Below are positions 11,507 through 22,856 of a stretch of 64,000 nucleotides of DNA, in pieces; positions within the stretch are counted from its first letter, which is position 1; every line of letters begins with the position of its first letter. Source of the DNA: Fimbriosthenelais zetlandica (taxonomy: Eukaryota). Under the pieces are notes generated by a model, which saw only the letters and a program-made list of their open reading frames with translations, searched no databases and had not been told where the DNA came from. The DNA lies in the NCBI GenBank assembly GCA_977030845.1, contig OZ365114.1, positions 22,692,001 to 22,756,000 on the forward strand, read 5' to 3'. Made by a program: the position numbers and the translations under genes.

Positions 11507-12243
11507 GGACTTTACGAGCTTTTTTGATGACACACCCAAATATTGTCATCCCGAAGAAACCATTAGAGATGCGTTACTACAAGTTCCCGCCATCTGCTAT
11601 CAACTCCAAGGCAGATCATTTCGCGATGATGCCATTTTCATGGCCAAATCAAACCACCATTGAATTCGGTCCCAGCTATTTCAAATGTGATGCAGCAAGA
11701 CTCAACTTGACACGGGACTTCCCTAAGGCCAGGTTTTTCATCACAGTACGTGATCCTGTAATCCGAGCGATATCTGCTTTTACAAATTTGTATGGGAAGG
11801 AAATGGGTTTCAATCTCAAGAAAATGGAACGTCAATTTGAGAAAATTCTACTAACCGAAAATGGAACTGTTAATGGCACTGATAAGGTCTTTTCCAAGGG
11901 TTCATATTCGACAAGTCTGAAAAAGTGGCTGAAAGTGGTTCCATGGGAAAGATTTCATATAATTGATGGAGATGATTTTGCAAAGAACCCTCTGCCTGAA
12001 CTGAAAAAACTTGAAAAATTCCTAAAAGTGCCAGAATACTTTACCAGGGATAAGTTTGTGTATGTAAAGGAAAAAGGTTTTTATTGCTTGAACAACAAGG
12101 ATAAAGTGCAATGTATGAGCAGAGTTAAAGGTAGAAAACATCCACACGTAAGGCCAGAAGTTCTCCAGAAAATAAGTGACTTTTTCAGGCCTCGCAATGA
12201 AGAATTTTTTGAGATCATTGGGGAAAGATTCAATTGGCAATGA
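11507..12243 (+). CDS. HS3ST-family sulfotransferase-like protein, coding exon 2 (spliced product 346 aa)
   Basis: Acceptor tttttttccAG at 11506 gives the in-frame join CGTGTLRAFLMTHPNI. Family motifs present: MPFSWPNQTTIE.PSYF, RDPVIRAIS (3'-PB), HIIDGD..NPLPELKKLEKFL, KGFYCL...C...KGRKHP and terminal GERFNW. Confidence 0.93.
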
Positions 12244-12535
12244 TCGATTGGGTGTTTTGTCATTGTGGGGGTAAATACAAATTCAACCAGTCTGTACCAG
12301 TGGTGTAGGAATTTGGCCACTTCCCTACGCCACAGGACCCAACTTGGACTGCCTAACACGTAACTATATGGGAGTTTAATAGGTTCAAAGAGTGTACTTG
12401 TATTTATTTAATTTGCATTTGCGGGACCTGTCACTTAATGACATATTTTTGAATTTATTATTTTGTCTTGCATTTATTCTTTAGAAACATATATTTTCAC
12501 TTTCACTTGTTATTTTTTTCATTATATTTTTATTA

Positions 12536-12541
12536 AATAAA
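12536..12541 (+). terminator. Candidate polyadenylation signal of the sulfotransferase gene
   Basis: AATAAA ~290 nt after the stop codon, following a U-rich stretch. Confidence 0.45.
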
Positions 12542-14389
12542 CATCCCTATGGATAAGACACTGTCAATGCAAGTGGTTATCAACAGATATGCTGATTGGA
12601 CGCAGTTCTTATAGCATTTAAAAAATGCATAATATCCTATAAGAAAGGTAGGCATATCCTTCTGGTAGCAACAGGAAAGGAAAGCCTCAATAATTTGTAT
12701 AGGTGATCATCAGTGGTTGAAGAGAGGTACTAGTTAGATGGCAAGTTTATAACTTTTTAATCGGTTTCTATTATTAAGATTCCATTATATTTCTCGACGC
12801 ACCAATGCCAGTAACAGTAGATTTACATAGAGTAATCCGAAACAAAATCATTAATATTTATTGCTAGGATCTTGAGTGCTGGATAGGGAACAAAGGAAAT
12901 ACTTTATGAATTTTGTTGGCAATGATCTTTCGACAAAATGGTAAAATTCTAATATTGTGAGACAAGAGGCAAAGGCAAAAAGACATGATTAGGGAGGAAG
13001 ACAGAATGGAAAAGAAGAAATCATAAAATAGCTTCTTCCAAGCTGCATGCATGAAAGGAAATACATGTATATAATTCTAGTAATAAACAAATCGACAGCC
13101 CCCGACACCAACCCCCACCAACCATCCATTACACAGAAGGCAATATAGTAATGTACATAGAAAGAACCCCCAGCTGAAAATCATATGAAAACATGTGTAA
13201 TCAAGAGTGTGAGCTGGTATTCACCCATAACAGAAATTAATAACCAATTATCTAAATTAACTAATTAACTTAACCAGCATGGTAAATGGTAAATCTGTCT
13301 TTTTTTGTGTATTTTGACTATTATAAATGATGTACTTATATTCGAATTGGATTGGTACATATATGCACTCATGGCTGCGAGCTAGTTTTGACTGATGCAG
13401 TGTATTGGTGAAAAATAATTGTCGTTACAAACTCAAATCCTGACCTCTGTTGACAGAATATGGCGTTATTCAGGGTTGTATGTAGGAGGCAATTAATATA
13501 TGATCATCTGCAATGTCCACAAAATTTTCTATCCTCTGTAAATAATATAATATAATATCCGGGTGTCTGTTCCAGCAAAGTGGTCCAAATCTTTACTTTT
13601 GATAAACCTGAACCTTGGCCTAATAATTATGGATTTTTAAAAGCAATAGGACTTAAATCATTCCTTTATTCATCCATTCTGAAGAATTGTTGAATAACAT
13701 TCATTGGCCTTGTTATAAGTATGTGTGTTGATACTGTCATATTACAGATTATTTTGCAGGTTCCAGGCAGCTACAATAACATGAAAGAGGTCCCGAACAC
13801 AATGCTGGTATACTGCCCAACATAGTAGGCCTACCCATGATGTTGCGGGTAAGAAAATTGTATTCTAAAAAGATAATGCTATTGACCAAGACATAATGCT
13901 TTAAGCATTTAGTGATTCCAAATGAGGTTCAATCACAATTATGAATGTTTACATTCATTTTAGTCTACACCATGATTATTATATCTATACATCTACTTGT
14001 ATCCATACGAAATATGTTTATCATAATAATTAGTCCCCATGTGCTCACATTTTCTCCTCAGCATTACTTAATATGATGCGTCTCGCCACACAAACATATG
14101 TGCCGCTTAATCACTCATTCCACTTATAACAACAATGGGAAGTATGAAGTCCCAAGACCAGTCTAATTACTCTGCGATGACTGATCACCTGCCTTGGAAC
14201 TAATGACTCTTTAAAGGGCATTGTCTACAAGTTAATCTGTCATAAATGATGAGAGGATGCATGGATGGAAGTAGACGATTTTTGCAAGACATGGCAAACC
14301 CTCCAATAATGCATCAGAGTCCTGAAGCTGGCTGAATTAAATTGATCTCAAGCCTATAGTAGAGAATGGCCTGATGCTATTCACCTCAC

Positions 14390-14405
14390 ATAAAGAACAA
14401 CCCAG
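14390..14405 (-). CDS. Micro-exon (16 nt, phase 1->2) AGLFF
   Basis: Acceptor cttttatttgtatAG and donor GTGAGG. It bridges the phases of the flanking exons. Confidence 0.45.
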
Positions 14406-15578
14406 CTATACAAATAAAAGGATTGTATTTCTATGAAACACACTTCTTTGCAAAGACCTGAGGCTGCTCAATATTCATCCAAGTTGATACCCAATAGTAC
14501 AGGATCAATAGGAAAAGGCAGTGAACTTTTTCCATCTGTATCGCTTGTCTCAGATCCTTCTCCAGTGGGGGCAAAACTACAGTGCTGGCCAATCGATACA
14601 CTACATGTAGGTCGATATACGAGGGGGTCTAAGATTCTTATGGGATTCTTGACTCCACAAATTCAGACCTGGGCCTCAGGCCGGCAACCTTGGCCTCAGG
14701 CTCGGGTGGGGCTCGGGTGGAGCAAGTGGAGGTGAGTGAGCTGCTCTTTTCTAAGCTTGGGCCGTGTATACAGCCTGGAGGCCTGAGGTTTATGGACATA
14801 GCCCGTCCCCCAGGGGAGCCTGCCCAGCCCACAGACCTGTCAGCAAAGGTTGTGAGAACTTGATACAGAGAAGCCTTGGGATTCTTGATAATTGGAGTGT
14901 GGCGGTAAAACCTAACAAGAGAAGGCTCGCCCAGTCCGTTCCTTATCCAGTGCTGGTTTGAAACATACTTTGATATCACAGTGCTCCAGGGGTATACAGA
15001 AGATTATGGAAGCATTTTTTATCATGGCAATAGTGCAATTGAACGTGTGACTGATATCCTAAACTGAGATAACCAGCCCGGGCCTATATGGACAAGGGCT
15101 CGCCTTAATGTGGGGAGCGCAGTCAGCTGTAGCACATCTAATGGCATTTGCAGTTGTTTTATAATATGTAGATTAGATTTACTATCTCCCTGTACATCCC
15201 TATAGCTACTAGTACTGGAAACTACACATTGTCTAGAGCTGTATAGAAACAGCTTTTAAATTGAGAGTGAAAGAGAAACCGAGAGAGTGGGAGAGAAGCT
15301 ATGAACCTTTCCCATAGTTATTTTCTATGTCTTTACATACGATTTATTGTATGTGAGAATCAGAGCTAAGAAATAGCAGGGACGCGACGAGTCATTTCTC
15401 ATAAAAGACAGAAATGTTGAGTATAAATTAGGGACACGCCATTTACATTGATGGCCAATTGGTAGGCAATCCCCTGCAGTTACATATATATATGACCAAT
15501 CTCCAGAGAGATGTCATTTTAGGTGATGGCTAAGAAAGAGAGGGTGTGCCAAGAAATATATCAATCAAATGCATATAC

Positions 15579-15652
15579 CTATAGCCTCTCCCGTACTTGC
15601 CAAGCTATTACATGCATCAGTGACTCGTCGGAAAGTGTTAGTGAATGCACGG
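15579..15652 (-). CDS. Exon (74 nt, phase 2->1) RAFTNTFRRVTDACNSLASTGEAI
   Basis: Acceptor ttatgtctcccacatAG and donor AG|GTATAT. Open, protein-like frame. Confidence 0.62.
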
Positions 15653-16214
15653 CTATGTGGGAGACATAATGTCAGTTTTGATGGATTAAGTGTTAGGGAA
15701 ATAGTCCCTTGATGCCGGGGAGGTTTCCTAAAAATATGCATTACCGTCCCCGAGATAGGAGCTTTCCCATTACCCGAGCAATATAGACATATTGCACTAC
15801 ACAAAGGCCAATGATAGATACTCAAGGGGGCCACTTGTTGCATATACAGCATGTACTTATTTTCATAAACTTTAAAGGATACTCGCTGCAACGTCAATTC
15901 ACCTCCATTAATTTCATCTCCGATAAAAATTGACCTGAGAGCTTTCAAAACAATAAACGTTTTCTCAGAACATGCATGCATTTATTTTTGTGTCTTTGCA
16001 GAAATGAAACATTGATGTTGCATTAATGGAAGTGTGCAAGAAATTTATTTATGTGAATCATAGGCATCTAAATCATTTTACATGAATCTGCATGCCCTGC
16101 TCCGAGCCTCCAAGCCTGGAGGCTTGGCTGTTCCTGAGAATTCCCATTGGTTCATATACGCAATCAGCCAAAGGCTTTTAGGGATTTTTTTCCTTTGCAG
16201 CTATCAGTGCATAC

Positions 16215-16239
16215 CTGTTGTAAGGCCATTCCTCTGAAC
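16215..16239 (-). CDS. Micro-exon (25 nt, phase 1->2) SSEEWPYN; alternative candidate at 16280-16301
   Basis: Donor CAG|GTATGC is good and the acceptor is moderate. Phase-compatible with its neighbours. Confidence 0.35.
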
Positions 16240-17254
16240 CTGTTCCCATGAGTTTAAAATAGGATAGAGAACCTAAAACCTTATTTTATCAGGATTATTA
16301 CCTAAAAACAGCGAGCAGGGAGGCAACAAAAGTCAGGACAAATAGAAGTTCACTCACTGAGCCACTATCCTCTTGTTGGAATGAGGTCATGGAAATGTGT
16401 TTACATTAAAGATTCAGGTTTATTATAAGCAACATTATCCCCTGAAAAATTATCTGCATATCGCAAAAATATTAACCCTGAAAAAAATGAAGCATGGATG
16501 ATTTGATCAGCCTTATGGGATGAATCCATCAAGCGTTTTGAATTCATGGCATTGAGGTGAACACATCAGGGGTGACACGGAGTGGCCAGCTAAGTGCCAG
16601 AGAGAACATCGTGTGGGCTCTTGGAAGGCGTTACAACGCAATCACATTATCCCCTATCGGGCATTTGCTTCACCACCTGAGGCCAAAGTAGCCAAAGCCC
16701 ATCTCAGGTCATCCGTCTCAATAAGTGCACTTATCTGATGACTGTATGGGAGCCTAGGTGGGCTCTTGTTGTGCAATATCCAATTTAGTGGCCGCTAAAA
16801 AGAGCTGGGAGATAGTCCCTCAGAAAGCCAGTCTGCAAGTTATCATTGTATATCTTGGCTAACCGCGAAAGGAACTGTGGAACGGTCTGATTCTTCTGGT
16901 GGGGACCTATAAACAAGTTCCTCCTGACTGGTCTTGTTTTATAGGGGACTATGGGTAGAGGAGAGGTTTGTAAATAACCAAGCGACCTAATGCCGAGTTT
17001 GTCCTCCAAGTGATATGGCTTGTACATCTTGGATATTAGGGACTATAAGGAGGCCCTAGATTTTCTTCTCTTTTATCTCATTTAAGGTGTGATTGCTGGA
17101 CAAAGGAGACTTATTTCACCATCCCTCAATGTTTTCCTTTAAATGGACGTGACTTTGGTGTGACAAGGATTTAGGTGTGGTAACATACGAGCAGGAAGAC
17201 CACACATTTCAAATGTTCCCTTTCATTAATCATGAAATTAATACAAAAAGACCC

Positions 17255-18329
17255 TTGTTAAGACACTATCCCGTACCCGACACTATCCCGTACCCGACAC
17301 TATCCCGTATATGGCGTATACGGTTAAGTCAATGGGAGTCAGTAGATCGGCTGGAATGACACTATCCCGTAGACAGGCCAATAAACTGAAGGAGCTGTGT
17401 TTATCAGGAATATAGTATAAAATAATATTTTCCATGAATTCAATTTTATTCACTCAAACAAATTAGAAATAATTAACTTTTAAGCCATCCATACAAGGGC
17501 GGGAAACATGTCACTCTAAGCACTGCTGTGGTGTCTGCCTCTGTTGGTAAATAATGGAACCACTGTGAGCGACGTGACGTTGCTAGGTAAAATGTTGCTT
17601 GGTGCAGAACACGACGTCAGGGTGACCCAGGACAATGGTAGCAATGGTGGACTACACTGTCTACAGCGGGGTTACGATCGTTCAAAGAGGCTGTTTTAAA
17701 CAATTTTAAGGTATTTTTGCTTTATATAATTATTAATTCCTCGTGAAACTAGGAAATATAGGCGTTGACATTGTTTTCTTGGCTCTGTGGGCCCAGTGTG
17801 GGCTAGAGTGTAGGCCTAGGGTGTAGGCCTAGGGCTAGCCTAGGCCCCGCAGTAATGTCACAGTGTCAGCGAATCGTTTACTAGGCGGCCTATATTACAT
17901 TATTAGGCCCTATGGCTGAGCTGAATTAAAATTTATTTAAATATTTAAATTTAGGGCTAGGTTTAGGGTTAGGTTAGGGTAATTATGTAATTATTTTAGT
18001 TATCATCATTATCCTAGAGACAAGACAGTGAGTCAGGGGGAACGGTTGTCAGAGCTGAGGGCAGACAACCTCCTCAGTCGCTCAGACTCCGTTGACAGGG
18101 TTTTACAGGATCTTTGGTATTTAACGAGACAAAGCTGCATTGCAGCCTAAATTTTATCGTTTAAATGAGAGCTGTAATTAATATTTTTTGTAAAATAAAA
18201 TAATCTAAAGTAATTTTGTGGTAAATGACCAGTCCTGCAGTGAAATTGGCGATTGGGTACGGGATAGTGTTGGGTACGGGATAGTGTCGGATACGGGATA
18301 GTGTTGGGTACGGGATAGTGTCTTAACAA
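17255..18329. mobile_element. Non-autonomous TIR element (MITE-like, ~1.07 kb) with 17-bp subterminal tandem repeats
   Basis: Ends TTGTTAAGACACTATCCCGTACCC... / ...GGGTACGGGATAGTGTCTTAACAA. The unit GACACTATCCCGTACCC occurs ~3 times on the left (17262-17309) and 4 times inverted on the right (18255-18322). No transposase ORF. Confidence 0.8.
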
Positions 18330-20147
18330 CCCTCCTTAAAATAACATTTTGTGATTTCAACTCAGCAAAAGGTAATCACACCAATTACCAATTTTAATTA
18401 CGCGTACAAATTGCTGATTTGGACAAAATTTACTACTCCTGAGACTTTCTTTCATCATCATCATCCATATATGGAAAAAGGTCTGATTGAAATCTATAAA
18501 AGAAGCAAAACGATTCGAGACTACTGTCAGATGTTACGGTGTGAAAAGTGCAAAATCCAGTGTCAAGAGAATGATAAGTGTCCTCCTGATTTGCAAGTCA
18601 ATCAACAAGGCAGTGGAGAGCGCCTGTTTCATGCAGGCTCTTTCCCGGCCTGTCAGATGCCGAATGGGGGACCACATCAGCAGGCATTATTTTGGGAAGA
18701 ATTATTGTAATCGATTGATGCTTTCTCTCATATTAAACGCAATCAATCAATGCCGAGGCAGATTTTGCTGATACCAGCCAAATATATTCGGATTAGATAT
18801 GCATCTGGCAATGATGTTATTGGCTTGCTTTATAATCAGGGAAAAAGGCGAGGACGATATAGGATACAATAAGAGGTACTATATCTTGATTACCAGCATA
18901 TCATGACCATTAATCACCTTGCACATTTTACACTCGGCTTGAGCGCCCTTCAGGCTTAACAGCCTCATTTTAATAGCGCAGTATGGCTTGCCCGCATTTA
19001 TATAGCTCCTTTGTTTTATACGGTAATACTGATGATAAAATGCACTTGTTATCTAACGAAATGTCTCTCAAAAAATCCTCACTGCACATTTGACAAGTGA
19101 TTGGGCTTTTTTTCTGATTCTTAGGATGTTGATTCCTTATTTTGAGGTTATCGATCTGGCTGTCTAAACCGGAAGTGGCTCATCGGGAGTATGAGATGAG
19201 TACCGGAACACGGGATTAACTGAAACTGTTGTGAATATCGATTAGCAATTCATTTTTCTGGCCTTGATGGTCGGAATTGATTGAGGGAGAGCAAAGATTA
19301 GCTGACACAACCCGACTTAATTCCTGTAATCGTTGATGCTGTTGCACCCAATATTGCCATGCACCTTCTGTGTGGTGACAGGAATGTTCTAGGCCAAACT
19401 GCGTCGAAATGCAAAGAAGGCGTCAATTAATAATGTCTCGATTGGACCTATGAGCCCACTACTGAAGTTTGCATCCGCTTGTGCTCCATTTGAAACCAAC
19501 AAAAGCCCAACAAAGGATAATCCTTTAATTTTTAAAGAATGTAATCATGAGTCGATATCCGATTGCAAAGAAATTCAATTCCAGCGAAATAATACTGTTC
19601 TAGGTAGGCGGGGGGTTCCTGTAACCTGTGGTCACGTTTCTTAATTGGTTGCCTTTAATGAACGGTCAGATCAAAAACTGTGTCAATTTGCTTTCAATTA
19701 TTGCTTCCTTTCAGCTGTATATTAAAGCAATGGCCAGAGAAACAAATTCTCACTGAAAAAGGTTTCTTCCTGAATGGGAGGAATTCGGCTCGATCTTTCC
19801 CTACAACAAACATGATTCAAAGGATTCTTTGTCGACAAATAATGTGTTTTCTGATTTACTTAGCGTTCTACTATATTTATTCCCATTAGACCCATGATAA
19901 CGATCAGTGCTGTAACATTTGGAACTTCATATCCATGTGACCACCTTCCCCTCAATGAATGACGATTTTTGACATTTTTCACGCTCATTCATTTTTTCAC
20001 AGATCATTGCCATTGATTTATAGAGTGATTAAGAGCCAGGTTGGTTCATAACTAAAACAGAATCAACCCCCAGTCATTATCATTGTACCATAAATAGATA
20101 AATGCATGGGTCAGTTGCTTCTTGCCACATGTGAAGACCAAACTTAC

Positions 20148-20184
20148 TTAAATGATACAACATAATGTCAATCAGAAGGGTAGC
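20148..20184 (-). CDS. Micro-exon (37 nt, phase 0->1) ATLLIDIMLYHL
   Basis: Acceptor ccgtttctatttgcaccAG and donor GTAAGT. Single open frame. Confidence 0.55.
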
Positions 20185-22684
20185 CTGGTGCAAATAGAAA
20201 CGGCGTATCATAGATAGCATTTTTAGCTGTAGTCATGGATACATTTGGGGCGAGGTTCCGGCCAGATCCCGGCAGATTGCTTTATATATGTCATCTATAA
20301 CCTGTACATTAGATAGTCAAAGTGTAGTCAGGCATTCATATCATAGATACTAAATATGACGTGTTGGATCCCGCCGACAAGAAAAAGTCAGGCTACATAT
20401 CGATTCATATTCTAAAGGCAAAAACACACCTGCCTCAAGTTTTTTCAAGGCTCGCAAACTTATATATATGGGGATATCAAAATATATCATGGGAAAACAT
20501 TATTCAGAGATTAGCTATAAATCCAGGTGATTTGGAGCAGAGGTAATGCAAGGGAGGAAGGAGGGGAATAGGTTAATGGATACTAGGATTTAGCTGCAGG
20601 TGTGGAGAACATGCCATAGAATATATGTGAGATTTATCATTGACGAAATTATACTTCATTCTCTATAACTTGGTTACCTTAGGATTAGAGATACATAACA
20701 AGCCATGCAAAAATGATATTATTAATTCAAACTCACATAAGAACTATGCAAGGTACTCGTATTAGCGGTCTATATATACATTCTGACCTGGGATCTCATA
20801 AACGTTGAGAATATTGATACAATAATCCAGGAAATTTTTAAAGTAAAGGGAACCATGCATGAAAGGGACAAGCACTTTTAACTCACCAATCCACAGTTTG
20901 CTGATGAATTCCAATATGGAGCTGGAGAAGAGACAGTATTAGGTTACTAAAATGGCAATGCCGAGATAATAAAAGATGGATTATAATAAAAGGCAATGCT
21001 GATGGACAACAAAGTATCACAGGCTCAAAGAACAAAAAGATTCTCAGTTACAGATATCGTCTTGCGCTGAGGTTCTATGATAAAATCTAATACATTCTGG
21101 TGGTGTCAGCTTCAAAAGCAAATAATGTTGCAGTGGACATTTCTAGCCCCAAAATTAACTCCCATTGATTTTTTCAGGGGCAAAGCAACTATATGATATG
21201 AGCTCGATCAATCCCAATTATTTGAGATGTGATGTTCACCAAAGCCTTACTATGCACCATATCAGGGCTCATCAATGAGATAAGAAGGCATGGAAAGCTA
21301 CTCATCCCCCTCAAACAGATTACTACAGGGACCACAACCCCCAGCTGACAACATAACTGTCTGCGATGAATACCGATGAGAAGGATGCACAAGAAAAATG
21401 CCTCTCTCTCCTTTCATATTCCCCACCCCCTTGTCAAAATAGGGCGAGAGGTGCAAATACAATAACCAACCCCAAATATGTTCAAGCTGACTGTGAGATA
21501 GAACCCTCCATTTCGTAGCGCTTCAAGTATCGTATCTATATCCTACTTTATCTAATGTCAGAGGTGGGTAAGCCTCTCTTCACTTCCTCTATGTACATCT
21601 CAGAATGTAAAAACTTCATTCCTTTAGATTCTAGAAGCACTGTTGCAGGTTGATAGAAGATACTTCGAGAAAAGCGACTTTTACCGAGTGACTTCACAAG
21701 CTAATGGCAAGCAAGATGTTATCACACTTTAGTCCCTGCTTTGGTTGATAGTGCTATAGATACCTTATTGAAGGCAAACTGAAAAATGGGAAGATGCTCA
21801 TAGAAAACTAGTATTTTACATCACGGATACTTCCAAACTCCTTCAATCAATGACAGAATACTGTTGTGGCTAGAGCATTCTGATATATCGACTTCAGCTT
21901 GTTTATTCTGCCTCTGCCTTTTTTGCACTTCATTTCAATGAGAATCCAATGTGTGTATGCAAGGACCCTTGAAGAACACATCGATATTATTGGCTGGCAA
22001 AACAATTGCTGGATAGAGAAATACATGAAAAAAAACCAGTAAAGTAAAATATGCACCCCTTATAGATTATACCACTCAACTGTTGATTGGGAAAGGCTAT
22101 CAGGATATAATTGGCCAGCAGAGAAAAAATGAGTTTATATTATACGAATGAAAATTCAATCGGAAAGAAGGAAGTAGCACATGAGAGATGAGTGGGGGAG
22201 GATATCTGTTGGAGGCACCCAGGAACATCGATTCTTTCTTTCTGTGAGACGTGACACAATTAGCCATCCATATTGTCCTAGAACTACTGGCTCCACCGTA
22301 TGATGGGAGTCGTGATTAGAGCTTCTCTGTACCACAGACGGAGGATCAATGGCCCACTAGGATGTATAGAAACTTATCTATATCATGTATAGGCTTATTT
22401 ATATAAAGTAGTCTTTAAAATGAGTTTACTTAAGTGTTCATCATCAACCTTCTATTATCCGCAGGATATGTTTTTCTTATGAACTTTCTATGTGTGGGTG
22501 AGATATCCTTTCCTTGTCTTGCAGTTCACTCACGAGTCAGTGGAGAATTAAAGGTAATCAAATATGCCAATGAAGCAAAAGGTCCTGGCTTCATGAACAA
22601 ATCAAGACATGCAGTCAGGGGACCCACTCATGTCAATGTTTGAGGTCATACACAAGGATGACTTGTATACAAGGTACCGTACAG

Positions 22685-22856
22685 AGGAAGAGCGATGAAG
22701 AGGGGTGGTGGAAAAGTAAGGAAGAGGAAGGGAGGGATGTGAGAGAGAAGAGAGGGAAGGAAGGATGTGAGAGAGAAGAGAGGAAGGGAAGGGTGAGAGA
22801 GAACGGCTGGAGGAAGGAGTGGGAGAGAGAGGAATGAAAGAGAGAGAGAGAGATAT
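22685..22856. repeat. Purine-rich (GA)n-like low-complexity tract
   Basis: Near-continuous G/A sequence with repeated GAGAGAGAAGAGAGG motifs. Confidence 0.85.

Noticed and set aside
17262-17309. CRISPR-like repeats
   Set aside because: The units abut with no spacers, are mirrored at the far end of a TIR element, and the DNA is eukaryotic.
18351-18771. Overlapping ORFs with GERLFHAG, faintly like the hAT dimerisation motif
   Set aside because: The similarity is too short to support a transposase call.
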